Positions 1 through 10,423 of a DNA stretch of 64,000 nt are shown here, piece by piece; positions within the stretch are counted from its first letter, which is position 1; every line of letters begins with the position of its first letter. The notes under the pieces were generated by a model. It saw nothing but the letters and a program-made list of their open reading frames with translations, did not search any database and was not told the DNA's origin. The position numbers were made by a program, and so were the translations under genes. Origin of the DNA: an uncultured Gemmatimonadales bacterium (GTDB lineage Bacteria; Gemmatimonadota; Gemmatimonadetes; Longimicrobiales; RSA9); NCBI GenBank assembly GCA_963798085.1, contig CAWCRS010000007.1, forward strand, positions 352,001-416,000, read 5' to 3'.

Positions 1-2
1 CG

Positions 3-2519
3 CAGGTGGGCGGCACGACGAAGCTGGTTGCCACCATGCTGGACGCCAATGGCCAGCCGGTTACCGGGCTGCTCGTCACATGGAAGAGCCTGACCGCTTC
101 CGTCGCTTCTGTAGATGGAACCGGTCTGGTCAAGGGCCTGGCGAAGGGTACGGCGCGTATCACGGCGAGCTACAGCACTCTGCTGGATACGGCCGAGATC
201 GCAGTTGCGATGGCGCCCACACCCACGGCACCCTTCCGTATCGTGCTTTCTCAGAAGGTGGATACAATCGCCGCTATTGGTGAGACGGTCGACCTGTCTG
301 CGCACGTGTTTGATGCCAACAATCGCGAGTGGGCCACCGTGATGCCCACGTGGTCGAGCCTCGACGTGTCGATCGGTGCGGTTTCGCCGAGCGGCACGGC
401 ATCGCAGACCGTGACGGTAAGGGCCGTGAACAAGGGCACGGCGCGTGTCATGGCGAAGTACGGAACCGCAGTTGACACCGCGCGCATTCTGGTTGCGCCG
501 GTGGCGACGCCCACGACCAAACGCGTCACGATCCAGCCCAATCCGGACACACTGCTGGTCGGTGAAAAGCTGCAGCTGGTGGGCTACGACGCCGAGAACC
601 AGCCGATCCCTAACAGCGGGTTGGTATGGAGCTCGCTCAATCCGGGCACGCTCTCGGTGACGGCCGACGGCCTCACTCAGGGCGTCGCTGCCGGCACCGC
701 TCGCATTGTGGCCACTCGTTCCAACGGGGCGGACACAGCGACCTACTTCGTGCTGCCGTCCACAACGGTGCTCAGGCGGGTGGCGATCCGGCCCAACGCG
801 GATACGCTGTACCACCGCGGCGACACCATGCAGCTGGAGGCGTACGACCTGGAGAACCAGGAGATTCCGAACGCCAATCTGGTCTGGAGTTCGCTGAATT
901 CGAGCGTCCTCACGGTCGACGCGGACGGCATGATCACAGCCGGTAATGCAGGTACGGCCAGGGTCGTGGCGACATCCTTCAACGGCGCCGACACGGCCAC
1001 CTATGTCGTGCTGAATCAGTCCACAGGAACGGGTGGCGGCAGCACTTCGGGAAAGGCGTCGGTCGTCGTGAGCCCGCCCACCGCCAGCATCGTGGTAGGA
1101 GCCACGGCGGTGCTGAGTGCTACAGCCTGGGACGCACAGGGCAACGTCATGTCGGGCGCATCACTGACCTGGTCGAGCCTTGATCCCGCATACGCAAGCG
1201 TTGCCGCCTCGGGCGTGGTGACCGCAGTCGCCAAGGGCAGCGCCCGTATCAAGGTTGCCTACGGCGCAGTAGCGGATACGGCCATGATCACGGTCAACGC
1301 CGCTCCGAATACAGGCGGCACGCAACCGCCGGCGGGCGTCAATCTGACGCCGGTAGCCCTGCGGCCGCTGCTGGGTGCGCTGGTTTCGCGCAACACGACC
1401 GTTGCCGGCTGGCCCGCGCACTTCGATCAGAATCTGGATGCGGCGATCGCTCGCATGGTGGCGGAAGTCGCCAGCGGTTCGTACTGCAGCATTCCGGACT
1501 GCGCGGACCAGGACAATCCGCACTACGGCCCGCTGCGCATGGTGACCATGCGCAATATCCGGGCAGGCCTGCCGCTGGATCCGTCGGAGCCCGGCTTTGC
1601 CGCGGCGCTGAAGATCACGAAGGAAGCGATCCAGGGTTACTTCAAGCCGACCGGCACGTACCGCGTGTCGCAGGCCCAGCGTTATTCGATGGAGGCGGAT
1701 GCCGAGATCGTGTGGCAGCTGACGCAGAGTGGACAGCTCCACGACGCGCAGCTGGCCGCGGACGCGAAGGACTTCATTCAGTCGGCCGCAACCTGGTTGA
1801 GCACGTTCCTCACCACGTCAACCGAGAATCTCGACCACCAGTGGATGGATGAGCGCATTATCGCGATCGATCTGGATGTGTCGATGTCGGCGGAACGGAT
1901 GGGGCTTCCGTACGGCGTCAAGACGTTCGGCCTGATGCCATTCCAGCCGGCGGGCGTAAACTCGTGGAAAGATTGGATCGACTACGTAGCCGGTTATGTG
2001 AAGCGCATGCAGGACGCCACGTGCGCCCGCTGGTGCGGCACGAATGACCCACTTGGCAAGCCGATTCTTTACGGCAACATTCGGTACGGCATCAACGGCG
2101 GCTGGACGTCCGTCACGCAATACGTCAAGCCGTATCCGATCCTCTTCTTCGAGGATGCCATGCTGACGGACGCACTGCTGCGCGCGTGGCGGCTGTATGG
2201 CTGCGCCGCCTGCCGTGACCGTGCTATCGAAATGACGGCCGGCGTGCAGGAGCACTATGATGCGTCGCAGCACGCGCTGCCTTACCGCAGCCACGGCTCC
2301 AACATGTGGAACAGCGTGCACGACCTGGACAACTTCTGGGTACGGCCACTGCTCGAGATGTACGAGCTGACGGGCGCCTCGTGGATGCGTCAGACGGCGC
2401 TGCAGCTCCTCGACGCCAGCAAGAATGGCTCATGGACCTGGCGCTTCAAGCAGGCACAGGAGCTGGGTTCAGCAACGGATCCGCAGTCGGCTCAGGCCTG
2501 GCTGGCTGGGGTTCACTGA
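3..2519 (+). CDS. Exported protein with at least 5 bacterial Ig-like (Big_2) repeats plus a ~390 aa C-terminal helical domain of unknown function; 5' end lies outside the window
   Basis: Frame is open from the window edge. Repeated WSSL...V..DG.V.....GTARI.A....DTA units are followed by a domain duplicated in the next two genes. Confidence 0.85.
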   Translation, partial: QVGGTTKLVATMLDANGQPVTGLLVTWKSLTASVASVDGTGLVKGLAKGTARITASYSTLLDTAEIAVAMAPTPTAPFRIVLSQKVDTIAAIGETVDLSAHVFDANNREWATVMPTWSSLDVSIGAVSPSGTASQTVTVRAVNKGTARVMAKYGTAVDTARILVAPVATPTTKRVTIQPNPDTLLVGEKLQLVGYDAENQPIPNSGLVWSSLNPGTLSVTADGLTQGVAAGTARIVATRSNGADTATYFVLPSTTVLRRVAIRPNADTLYHRGDTMQLEAYDLENQEIPNANLVWSSLNSSVLTVDADGMITAGNAGTARVVATSFNGADTATYVVLNQSTGTGGGSTSGKASVVVSPPTASIVVGATAVLSATAWDAQGNVMSGASLTWSSLDPAYASVAASGVVTAVAKGSARIKVAYGAVADTAMITVNAAPNTGGTQPPAGVNLTPVALRPLLGALVSRNTTVAGWPAHFDQNLDAAIARMVAEVASGSYCSIPDCADQDNPHYGPLRMVTMRNIRAGLPLDPSEPGFAAALKITKEAIQGYFKPTGTYRVSQAQRYSMEADAEIVWQLTQSGQLHDAQLAADAKDFIQSAATWLSTFLTTSTENLDHQWMDERIIAIDLDVSMSAERMGLPYGVKTFGLMPFQPAGVNSWKDWIDYVAGYVKRMQDATCARWCGTNDPLGKPILYGNIRYGINGGWTSVTQYVKPYPILFFEDAMLTDALLRAWRLYGCAACRDRAIEMTAGVQEHYDASQHALPYRSHGSNMWNSVHDLDNFWVRPLLEMYELTGASWMRQTALQLLDASKNGSWTWRFKQAQELGSATDPQSAQAWLAGVH

Positions 2520-2544
2520 CCCTCACGCTGAAGTGATACAGACG

Positions 2545-2578
2545 GAGGCCTGCCGCGGCGATCGCTGCGGCAGGCCTC
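2545..2578 (+). other. Intergenic GC-rich hairpin (possible terminator or mRNA-stabilising stem)
   Basis: GAGGCCTGCCGC-ggcgatcgct-GCGGCAGGCCTC, a perfect 12-bp stem 25 nt after the stop codon; no U-tract. Confidence 0.5.
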
Positions 2579-2774
2579 ACTGCACGTGCACACGGCGCCC
2601 GGGCGATCAGGCTGCTGGCAGCGGCTCGCCGGAGGCCGTGACGCACCAGGGGCGGGCTGAAGGCAGAGAGCGAATGCGCGGCTTTGCCTGGTCCGCAATT
2701 CGCAGTACATTCGCCATTCCACACCCGTCCGCGGGCACGGATCCGCGCTGAACTGCAGACCGAATCAGACTGCG

Positions 2775-4105
2775 ATGCCGCAAACGAAGCTGTCGGAAGC
2801 TCAGCGCCATGCGGGACTGCTGCTGCTCATCCCTGTTCTGAGCGCCTACCTGACTGCCTGTTCGAGAGTGCCGGGCATCGTCGAGCCTGACCCGGTGCTT
2901 CCCACGCACGTTCAGGTGGATGGCGATCTCACGCCGCCCGCGCTCTATGGCGTTACGGGTTTTCTGATTGCGCGCAGCACGCCGGTAGCAGGATGGCCGT
3001 CGCATTTCGATCAGAATCTGGATGCCGCCATCGATCGCATGGTGGCGGAAGTTGGGGCGGGCTCGTATTGCAGCATCCCGGACTGCGCAGACGGTGACAA
3101 TCCGCACTACGGGCCGCTGCGCATGGTGACCATGCGCAATATTCGCGCGGGTCTGCCCCTCGATCCGTCAGAGCCGGGCTTTGCAGCCGCCCTGAGAATC
3201 ACGCGGGAAGCGATCGAAACCTACTTCAAACCGACGGGCACCTACCGCGTTTCCCAGGCGCAGCGTTACTCGATGGAGGCGGATGCCGAGATCGTGTGGT
3301 GGCTGACACAAAGAGGCGAGCTGGGCGACACGCAGCTGGCATCTCGATGCCAGAGACTTCATTCACTCGGCGGCGAACTGGCTGTCGACCTTTCTCACAA
3401 CCAAGACCGAGAACCTCGATCATCAGTGGATGGATGAGCGCATCATCGCGATCACGCTGGATGTGGCGATGTCTGCGGATCGCATGGGCATCCCGTATGG
3501 AGAGAAGTACGCGAACCTGGCGCCATTTCAGCCGGCGGGTGTGCACTCGTGGAAGGACTGGGTCGAGTACATTGCGGGATACGTGAAGCGCATGCAGGAT
3601 GCGACCTGCGCGCGCTGGTGCGGCCAGAACGATCCTCTCGGAAAGCCGATCGTGTACGGCAACATCCGCTATGGCATCAATGGTGGCTGGACGTCCGTGA
3701 GTCAGTATGTCCAGCCATACCCGATCCTCTTCTTCGAGGATGCGATGCTGGCGGATGCTCTCTTGCGTGCGTGGCGTCAATACGGTTGCACAGCGTGTCG
3801 GGATCGCGCCATTGAAATGACCGCGGGCGTGAAAGAGCACTTCGACCCGGCGCAGCACGCGCTGCCATATCGGAGCCACGGCTCCAACATGTGGAACAGT
3901 GTTCACGACCTTGACAACTTCTGGGTACGGCCGCTGCTCGGAGATGTACCAGCTGACCGGCGAAGCGTGGATGCGTGAGACCGCGGTGGATCTTCTCGAC
4001 GCGAGCCGCAACGGGGCCTGGACCTGGCGCTTCAAGCAGGCACAGGAGCTGGGCTCCGCGACAGACCCGCAGTCTGCGCAGGCGTGGCTGACCAGCATAC
4101 ACTGA
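2775..4105 (+). CDS. Probable lipoprotein, paralogue 2 of the unknown helical domain (1-bp frameshifts near 3345 and 3940)
   Basis: Lipobox-like LSAYLTA-C. ORFs 2775-3437, 3430-3978 and 3899-4105 join into a protein colinear with the C-terminal domain of 3-2519. Confidence 0.8.
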
Positions 4106-4203
4106 AGACGCCGGCCGCTTCCGCGACAGTGCCGACGAGGCTACAATCTCACTGCAGAGCAGCGGCGCCCGCCACGTGCATGGGCAGGCCGGGCGACGGC
4201 TGA

Positions 4204-5527
4204 CACATCATTTCCGCCAACAGGAACCTGCATCTGACCGCACTTCTTTTCGCATGCATTCTGCGGGCGAGCGCGACTGGCACTCCTGCCGACACTGGCC
4301 GGGTCCCGCCGGCTGCAGAGGTGCAGGCGATGGATCTGACGCCGCCCGATCTGCGGCTGCTTCTCGGGCCGCTGGTTCCGCGCGGCATGTCGGTGCCTGG
4401 CTGGCCCATTGATTTCGACCAGCATCTCGGATGCAGCCATCAATCGGATGGTGGGCGAGGTAGCGAGCAACTCGTACAGCTACATCACGGACAGCGCGGA
4501 CGGGGACAACCCCCACTACGGCCCGCTGCGCATGGTCACAATGCGCAACATCCGCGCAGGTTTGCCGCTCAACGAGAGCGAGCCGGGGTTCCGGGCGGCA
4601 TTGCAGATCACGCGCGAGTACGTTCGCCGTTACGCCGGACCCAATCGTTATACGGTGCTCGCCCACCGCAACTCGAACTGGTCGGACTGCGAGATCGTCT
4701 ACTGGGTCTACCGCAATGCGCCGGAAGGCGATGATAACAGGAAGCTGGCGGGCGAGTGTCGCGACTATCTCTGGATCGCGTCGCTGTGGCTGACGCGCCA
4801 TTTGACCAAGGACAAGGAAAACCTTTCGCACCAGTGGATGGATGAGCGCATCATTGCTCTTGCCATTGAGACTGCGCTGACCGCGGACCGCATCGGTATT
4901 CCTTATGGCGAGAAGAATCCGATCCGCCCGGATCTCGCTCCATTCGTGCCGGAGGGTGTGACGACCTGGAAGGGCTGGATCGGCTACATCAACGGGTTCG
5001 TCGATCGCATGCAGGCGGCCACAATGGAGCAGTTCGGCTCGAGGCCCGACCCCAATGGTCAACCGATCCTCGCGGGCAATCTCCGCTACGGCGCGAATGG
5101 CGGCTGGAAGTCGGTGGCCGCGTACGTGAAGCCTTACCCGATCCTTTTCTTCGAAGAAGCGATGCTGGCGAACGCCCTGTTGCGCGCAGGCCGCCAGTAC
5201 GACGATCCCGCGTCACGCGCCAACGCGATCGAGATGACGGCAGGCGTGCACGAGTTCTACAATGCAGCCCGCCATTGTCTGCCCTATCGCAGTCACGGCC
5301 CGGGTTCCGCCCCCCAGAAGCAGGACTACGACCTCAACAACTTCTGGGTGCGGCCGCTGCTGGAGATGTACCAGCTCACAGGCGAGGCCTGGATGCGGCA
5401 GACCGCGCTCGAGCTGTTGGGTGCCAGCCGCAACGGCGCCTGGCTGTGGCGCATGAAGCAGGCACAGGAACTGGGCTCGGCGACAGAGCCGCAGGCGGCA
5501 CAGGCATTGCTTGCAGGGCTGCGATAA
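4204..5527 (+). CDS. Paralogue 3 of the unknown helical domain, probably exported (frameshift near 4429; start uncertain)
   Basis: Shares DNPHYGPLRMVTMRN, HQWMDERIIA, YPILFFE.AML, DL.NFWVRPLLEMY and KQAQELGSAT. Hydrophobic LHLTALLFAC segment lies in frame upstream of 4321. Confidence 0.75.
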
Positions 5528-5839
5528 AACGCGGCCCGGGAGCCGGCCAATTTCAAGGCCGGTGCGTGGCGAGGGCAGGCGCAGCCTCGCCTTATGGCGG
5601 GTGTCCCGAGCAGCAAACGGAGTGCGGCGACTGGGCCGCCCTGTGTCGCGCAGACCCAACACAACCGATTCGCTCCGGCGAAACGGCCGCTGCCATGACC
5701 GCAGCGGGGGTCCGCGCCCATGACCGGCAGAACGGGTTCAGGTGGCATGAAGACAGTATTTGCACCAGGCAGAGCAAACACCATTGAGCGCCAGCCGGCA
5801 GGCAAAGGACGCGGAGCGGATCACGTGGATCGGGAGAAC

Positions 5840-6808
5840 ATGACCACAGCGACAGGCAAGATCCCGGCGGAGCTTGTGCAGCGGTTGTGTTGCCCGCGGT
5901 GCAAGGCGCCGGCCCGATTGGAAGGCCAGGAGCTGCGCTGTTCTGCCGCAGATTGTGCGGAGACCTACCCGATCGTCGCCGGCATACCAGTCATGCTGAA
6001 TGATGAGGCCAGCCTGTTCACCCGGGCCGGCATCGTCGCCATGATGGGCGAACCACCGCGCCGGGTCAGTCCGGTAAAGCAGTGGATCCGCTCGATCATT
6101 CCACCCATCAGCCGGAATTATCGCGCCGCAGAGAATTATGCGAAGCTGAGTCAGCTGCTGGCGCCGGCCGGTTGCGCCCACGTACTCGTGCTGGGCGCGG
6201 GCATTTCACCGGCCGGGCTCGATGCTCTCGAAAGGAGTACGCCGCACGTGTACATCGAGAGCGACGTGGTGCCCGGCCCGCGCACGGCGGTCATCTGCGA
6301 CGCGCACGACATTCCCTTCGAGGACCGCACCTTCGACGCGGTCATCATACAGGGTGTTATCTGTTGGCTGCAGGATCCGGTGAAGGCCGTCGGCGAGATC
6401 CATCGCGTGCTGAAGACGGATGGGCTGGTGTATGCAGAAACACCGTTCGTGCAGCAGAACACGGGCGGTCCCTACGACTTCGTGCGTTTCACGCACGTCG
6501 GGCATCGCCGGCTGTTCCGGCACTTCGCCGAGGTAGTCAGCGGTCCGGTGGGTGGGCCCGGCATGGTGCTGGCCTGGTCGTGGTCCCAGTTCCTGATGAC
6601 GCTCGCCGGCGGGGCGCGAACCACGCGTTCCGTGATGCGTGCCATTGCATCATTCACGTCGTTCTGGCTTCCCCTGCTGGATCGCTGGCTGGGCCGGCGA
6701 ACCGGCTCGGTGGATGGTGCATCGGGCGTGTTCTTCCTGGGCCGGCGTTCGGATGAAGTGATCGCTGATCGCGACGTCATCAAGACGTATCGCGGCCTCG
6801 TGCGCTGA
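5840..6808 (+). CDS. Class I SAM-dependent methyltransferase with N-terminal Trm112-like zinc ribbon
   Basis: LCCPRCK...C...C..YPIV.GIP.ML N-terminus; DAHDIPFED..FDAV and EIHRVLK..G motifs; GGAGA RBS before the ATG at 5840. Confidence 0.8.
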   Translation: MTTATGKIPAELVQRLCCPRCKAPARLEGQELRCSAADCAETYPIVAGIPVMLNDEASLFTRAGIVAMMGEPPRRVSPVKQWIRSIIPPISRNYRAAENYAKLSQLLAPAGCAHVLVLGAGISPAGLDALERSTPHVYIESDVVPGPRTAVICDAHDIPFEDRTFDAVIIQGVICWLQDPVKAVGEIHRVLKTDGLVYAETPFVQQNTGGPYDFVRFTHVGHRRLFRHFAEVVSGPVGGPGMVLAWSWSQFLMTLAGGARTTRSVMRAIASFTSFWLPLLDRWLGRRTGSVDGASGVFFLGRRSDEVIADRDVIKTYRGLVR

Positions 6809-6816
6809 GCCTCGCC

Positions 6817-7926
6817 TCAGGACGACGAGCCTCCCGCATAGACCTCGAGGTAGGCGCGGGCCACAGCGGCTTCATCGTGATGTTCCAGCACGCGCCGCCG
6901 CGCGTCACGGCCCAGCTGTTCGCGCAACTGCGTGTTTACCACAACACCGCGCAACGCCTCAGCCAGTGCGCTGGCGTCACTGCCGGGGACCAGCACACCC
7001 CAGCGTCCGTCCCCCAGCAATCCCGGATTGCCGCCCACTGCGGTGGCCACGACGCAGCAGCCGCAGGACATCGCCTCCAGCGCGCTGATGGAGGTGCCTT
7101 CCAGCACCGAGGACAGAGCGAAGACATCGAATTCGCGATAGTAGTCGATCACGTTGGAGGTGGCGCCGCAGAGGAAGGCCGCCCGCTCGAGTCCCCGGTC
7201 ACGGATCTGCTGCTCCAGCTGCGCACGCAGCGGCCCATCTCCGACAATTACTAACGCCGTGTCAGGGCAGGAGCGGTGCACCTGCGCGAATGCGTCCACC
7301 AGCAGTGCGTGGTTCTTGACCGGATGCAGGCGGGCCACAGTACCGATCATGGCCACGTCGCGATCGAGGCCCAGCTCGGTGCGCAGCCAGCCGGTACGCG
7401 GCGCCGGCGAGAAATGCTGCGTGTCAATGCCGTTCTGGATCACGGAGATCTTGCGCCCGGGTACGTGAAAGGCGCGTATCAGGTGCTCGCGCAGAGACTG
7501 GGATACCGCCACGATGTGGCCGGTGACCCGGGCAGCGAGGTTGGAGTAGAGCGGAATGAACCAGGCGGGTTGCGGCCAGATCCCGTGCAGCGTGTAGACG
7601 GAACGGGGCACGCGCGCGATACGTGCAGCCTGTACTGCCTTGAGCCACGCGCCGCTGTGCACGTGGACGACGTCCGGACGGGATTCGCGGAACCAGGACG
7701 CGAGTGCAGTGGGCATGAGGTTGGTCCACACACCTGGCGTGGGTACCACCGTCACGCGGTGGCCTGCGGCCTTCAGCTGCTCGCCCAGCGGCCCCGGCCG
7801 CTCGATGCAGGTCACGCCCACATCATGTCCCATGGAGGACATGGTGCGCACCAGGCTGACAACAACCATTTCGAGTCCCGCCACATCGAGGAACGGGACC
7901 ACCATCTCTACGCGCAGGCGATTCAC
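6817..7926 (-). CDS. Glycosyltransferase family 4
   Basis: IGTVARL.PVKN, EGTSISALEAMS and GGNP motifs; GTG at 7926 with GGAGG RBS. Confidence 0.9.
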   Translation of the reverse strand: MNRLRVEMVVPFLDVAGLEMVVVSLVRTMSSMGHDVGVTCIERPGPLGEQLKAAGHRVTVVPTPGVWTNLMPTALASWFRESRPDVVHVHSGAWLKAVQAARIARVPRSVYTLHGIWPQPAWFIPLYSNLAARVTGHIVAVSQSLREHLIRAFHVPGRKISVIQNGIDTQHFSPAPRTGWLRTELGLDRDVAMIGTVARLHPVKNHALLVDAFAQVHRSCPDTALVIVGDGPLRAQLEQQIRDRGLERAAFLCGATSNVIDYYREFDVFALSSVLEGTSISALEAMSCGCCVVATAVGGNPGLLGDGRWGVLVPGSDASALAEALRGVVVNTQLREQLGRDARRRVLEHHDEAAVARAYLEVYAGGSSS

Positions 7927-8012
7927 GCGCGCTGCCTCCGCGCGTCTCGATGCGCGACACCACCAGGATCTGGCCTGGTGCACCGGGTGCGGCCGGCCCG
8001 TGCATACATTGG

Positions 8013-9332
8013 TTACCGGTCCCCGGTTGCGATTCTCTCCACCAGGCCGACGAACCGGTGCATCTGCTGTCCGGCAGACCATTCCTCCAGCACCGCGTCA
8101 TCGGGCAGCCGGGACGGCGCCTCGCCGTTGATCGCGGCACGCACGGTCTCAGCGATTGCCGCCGGATCATCGGAAGCCACGATGTAATGGCCGCCCAGCT
8201 CACGAAGCATGCCGGCAGTGTCGCCCTCGTCATCGGCAAAAGCCAGGATGGGACGGCGCACGCTCAGGTAGTCATACAGCTTGTTAGGAATCTGCATGGG
8301 CTGACGCTGTGCCAGCAGCAGCAGCAGATCGGAAGCCGCGAGCACGGCACGGCACTGCTCGCGCTCGATGGGATCGAAGAAGCGTACATGATCAGTCAGG
8401 CCCAGCTGCGTGACGTAGTCCTCGACCGAGATGCTGTTGTACCAGCGGCAGGCGCCGTAGAAGTCGACGTGACATTCCGCCAGGTCGATCCGGCCACTCC
8501 GCCAGAGAGCGGCAATGGCGTCGAGGAAAGGGCGTGGATCGCGGTTCAGGTAGAGGTAACCGAGATAGGTGATGCGACGCACCGGCCGGATCCACGACGC
8601 GGGTCGAGCCGCCAGGTCCTCGATGCCGTTGCGGATCACGACCACGGGCGGGGCACCGTTCCGCGCAGCATTGTGGCGGGCACCCTCGAGCTGCCGCGCT
8701 ATGCCCGTGGAATTGGTCAACACGGCAGCCGCATGCGTGAGACAACGTCTCTGCGCCCACGATTCGACGGCGTCGCTGAAGCGCGTGCGTACGTGCGGCG
8801 GCTTCTGATAGCCGGCCATCCAGGGATCGCGGAAGTCCACGATCCAGCGGACGCGCGTGAACATGCTCAGGAACACGCCGACCATGTGCACGGAGAAGGG
8901 CGGCGCGGATGTGATCACGACGGGTCGCTCTCCCTTGCGCGCGAAACGGCGGGCGCGGAGAAAGGCGGGAGGGATGAAGCCGTGCAGATCATCAGGCAGC
9001 CACATGAGCGAGAGGAGGAAACGCTTCCAGACAGGGAAGCGCTCGGGCAGCGCATAGCGTCCGGTTCCGAAGTATGCCTCGACGCCGCGCTCTACGTTGT
9101 TGCCCCGCGAGAAGCGCGCGCGCAGGCTGCGATACAGATCGCGGAATCCGGGCCATGGCCGGACGCGGATTGCGCCGGCCTCATCAGGATCGGCGTTCAC
9201 GCCATGTACCTGCGCCGTCAGGACAGTCACGTCATGTCCGGCTCCTCGCAACGCCTCCACCATGCGTGCCGGTCGGACCGACCCGACAGCGGGATCGGGC
9301 GGATAGTGGTAGGAAATTACGAGAACTTTCAT
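8013..9332 (-). CDS. Glycosyltransferase family 4
   Basis: MKVLVISYHYPP, TSAPPFS.H, DFRDPW and IPNKLYDYL motifs. Confidence 0.88.
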   Translation of the reverse strand: MKVLVISYHYPPDPAVGSVRPARMVEALRGAGHDVTVLTAQVHGVNADPDEAGAIRVRPWPGFRDLYRSLRARFSRGNNVERGVEAYFGTGRYALPERFPVWKRFLLSLMWLPDDLHGFIPPAFLRARRFARKGERPVVITSAPPFSVHMVGVFLSMFTRVRWIVDFRDPWMAGYQKPPHVRTRFSDAVESWAQRRCLTHAAAVLTNSTGIARQLEGARHNAARNGAPPVVVIRNGIEDLAARPASWIRPVRRITYLGYLYLNRDPRPFLDAIAALWRSGRIDLAECHVDFYGACRWYNSISVEDYVTQLGLTDHVRFFDPIEREQCRAVLAASDLLLLLAQRQPMQIPNKLYDYLSVRRPILAFADDEGDTAGMLRELGGHYIVASDDPAAIAETVRAAINGEAPSRLPDDAVLEEWSAGQQMHRFVGLVERIATGDR

Positions 9333-10420
9333 GCCTGCGGCGCGGGCACCGCGGCGGGCTCATTGCCCGCGTCCGCGGCAGTGCGCGAGTCGTAGGGCCG
9401 CTGGGCCCGGTGGGGCAGCAGCGCCGAGAAACCACAGAGCCAGCCCTGAAATTCGATCGCAGTGAGACCGGAGTGATCGAGCAGCCGCGGCAGAAGCAGC
9501 GGATGCTGTGCCCGTGTGGCCAGAGCGTGCTCACACGTGACTGCGGAGCGCACACCCTCGGCACTGAGCCACGGCAGGAATGCGGGCGCGGTCTCGCCAC
9601 TCGGATAACAGAAGTGCTGCGGACTGCGCCCGGTCAGTTCCTCGATGCGCTCCCGATTGCGACTCACCTGCTCGCGATACGGGCCCTCAATGCGGGGGGA
9701 CCTGTGACAATGCGTGTGCATCTGGAAATCGACGCCTCGACCGGCGAGCTGACGCACCTCATCCGGATTCAGGAGATGCAGCACGCGCCGTGCACAGATG
9801 TCGTCGAAATCAATGGCGAGCCGGGTCGCCACGCGGCCGGCAAGAGCGTGTTTCTCCATGGCGGAGAGCTGCTGCTCGCGCGCGTACGACACCAGCAAAG
9901 CCAGCGCACGCGCGCGATCCGACGACTCGCCCAGCACGACACTCGGACCACCCGTGAGCGGGGCGAGATCGATCACCCGCTCCCGCGCCTGCCAGAGCAT
10001 GTAGGAGCAGATGAGCCCGAAGATCGGCACGTTGCAGTCCGAGTGATACGTCGTCAGATACACCGTGGCCGGATACCCGTAGTCCTGGAGAATGGGGTGG
10101 GCGGCGGGGAGAAAGTCGTAGTGGCCGTCATCGAACGTGAGTACCACGGCGCGGGGCGGCAGCGTGCCCCTGTAAAGGCGAGTTATCGCCTCGCCCAGAG
10201 GCAGCACGGCATAGCCGCCGCCGTGCAGCAGCTCGAGCCGCTCCCGGAAAAACTGCGGGCTCACATACAACCGCGGGTTCCACAGATGCTCATCGGTCAG
10301 TGAGACACCATGATAACACAGGATCAGCAGGCGTTGCCGCCGCCAGCCGGACTGCGCCAGCAGGGCGAAGCTGCCCAGACTCCGGGCTGTACGCAGAACC
10401 ACGAGCTTGATCGGTTTCAA
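9329..10420 (-). CDS. Polysaccharide deacetylase (CE4/NodB-like)
   Basis: ILCYHGV, LTFDDG, HTHCH and FCYPSG motifs. Confidence 0.88.
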   Translation of the reverse strand: MKPIKLVVLRTARSLGSFALLAQSGWRRQRLLILCYHGVSLTDEHLWNPRLYVSPQFFRERLELLHGGGYAVLPLGEAITRLYRGTLPPRAVVLTFDDGHYDFLPAAHPILQDYGYPATVYLTTYHSDCNVPIFGLICSYMLWQARERVIDLAPLTGGPSVVLGESSDRARALALLVSYAREQQLSAMEKHALAGRVATRLAIDFDDICARRVLHLLNPDEVRQLAGRGVDFQMHTHCHRSPRIEGPYREQVSRNRERIEELTGRSPQHFCYPSGETAPAFLPWLSAEGVRSAVTCEHALATRAQHPLLLPRLLDHSGLTAIEFQGWLCGFSALLPHRAQRPYDSRTAADAGNEPAAVPAPQA

Positions 10421-10423
10421 CGG

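Noticed and set aside
3340..4430. Programmed frameshifting or phase variation at the broken genes
   Set aside because: No slippery heptamers or long homopolymer/SSR tracts; single-base insertions at a shared motif fit sequencing error better.
1330..5527. Cytochrome c or LanC cyclase, suggested by CxxC, WCG and SHG
   Set aside because: There is no CxxCH, the cysteines are absent in copy 3, and no precursor peptide or dehydratase is nearby.
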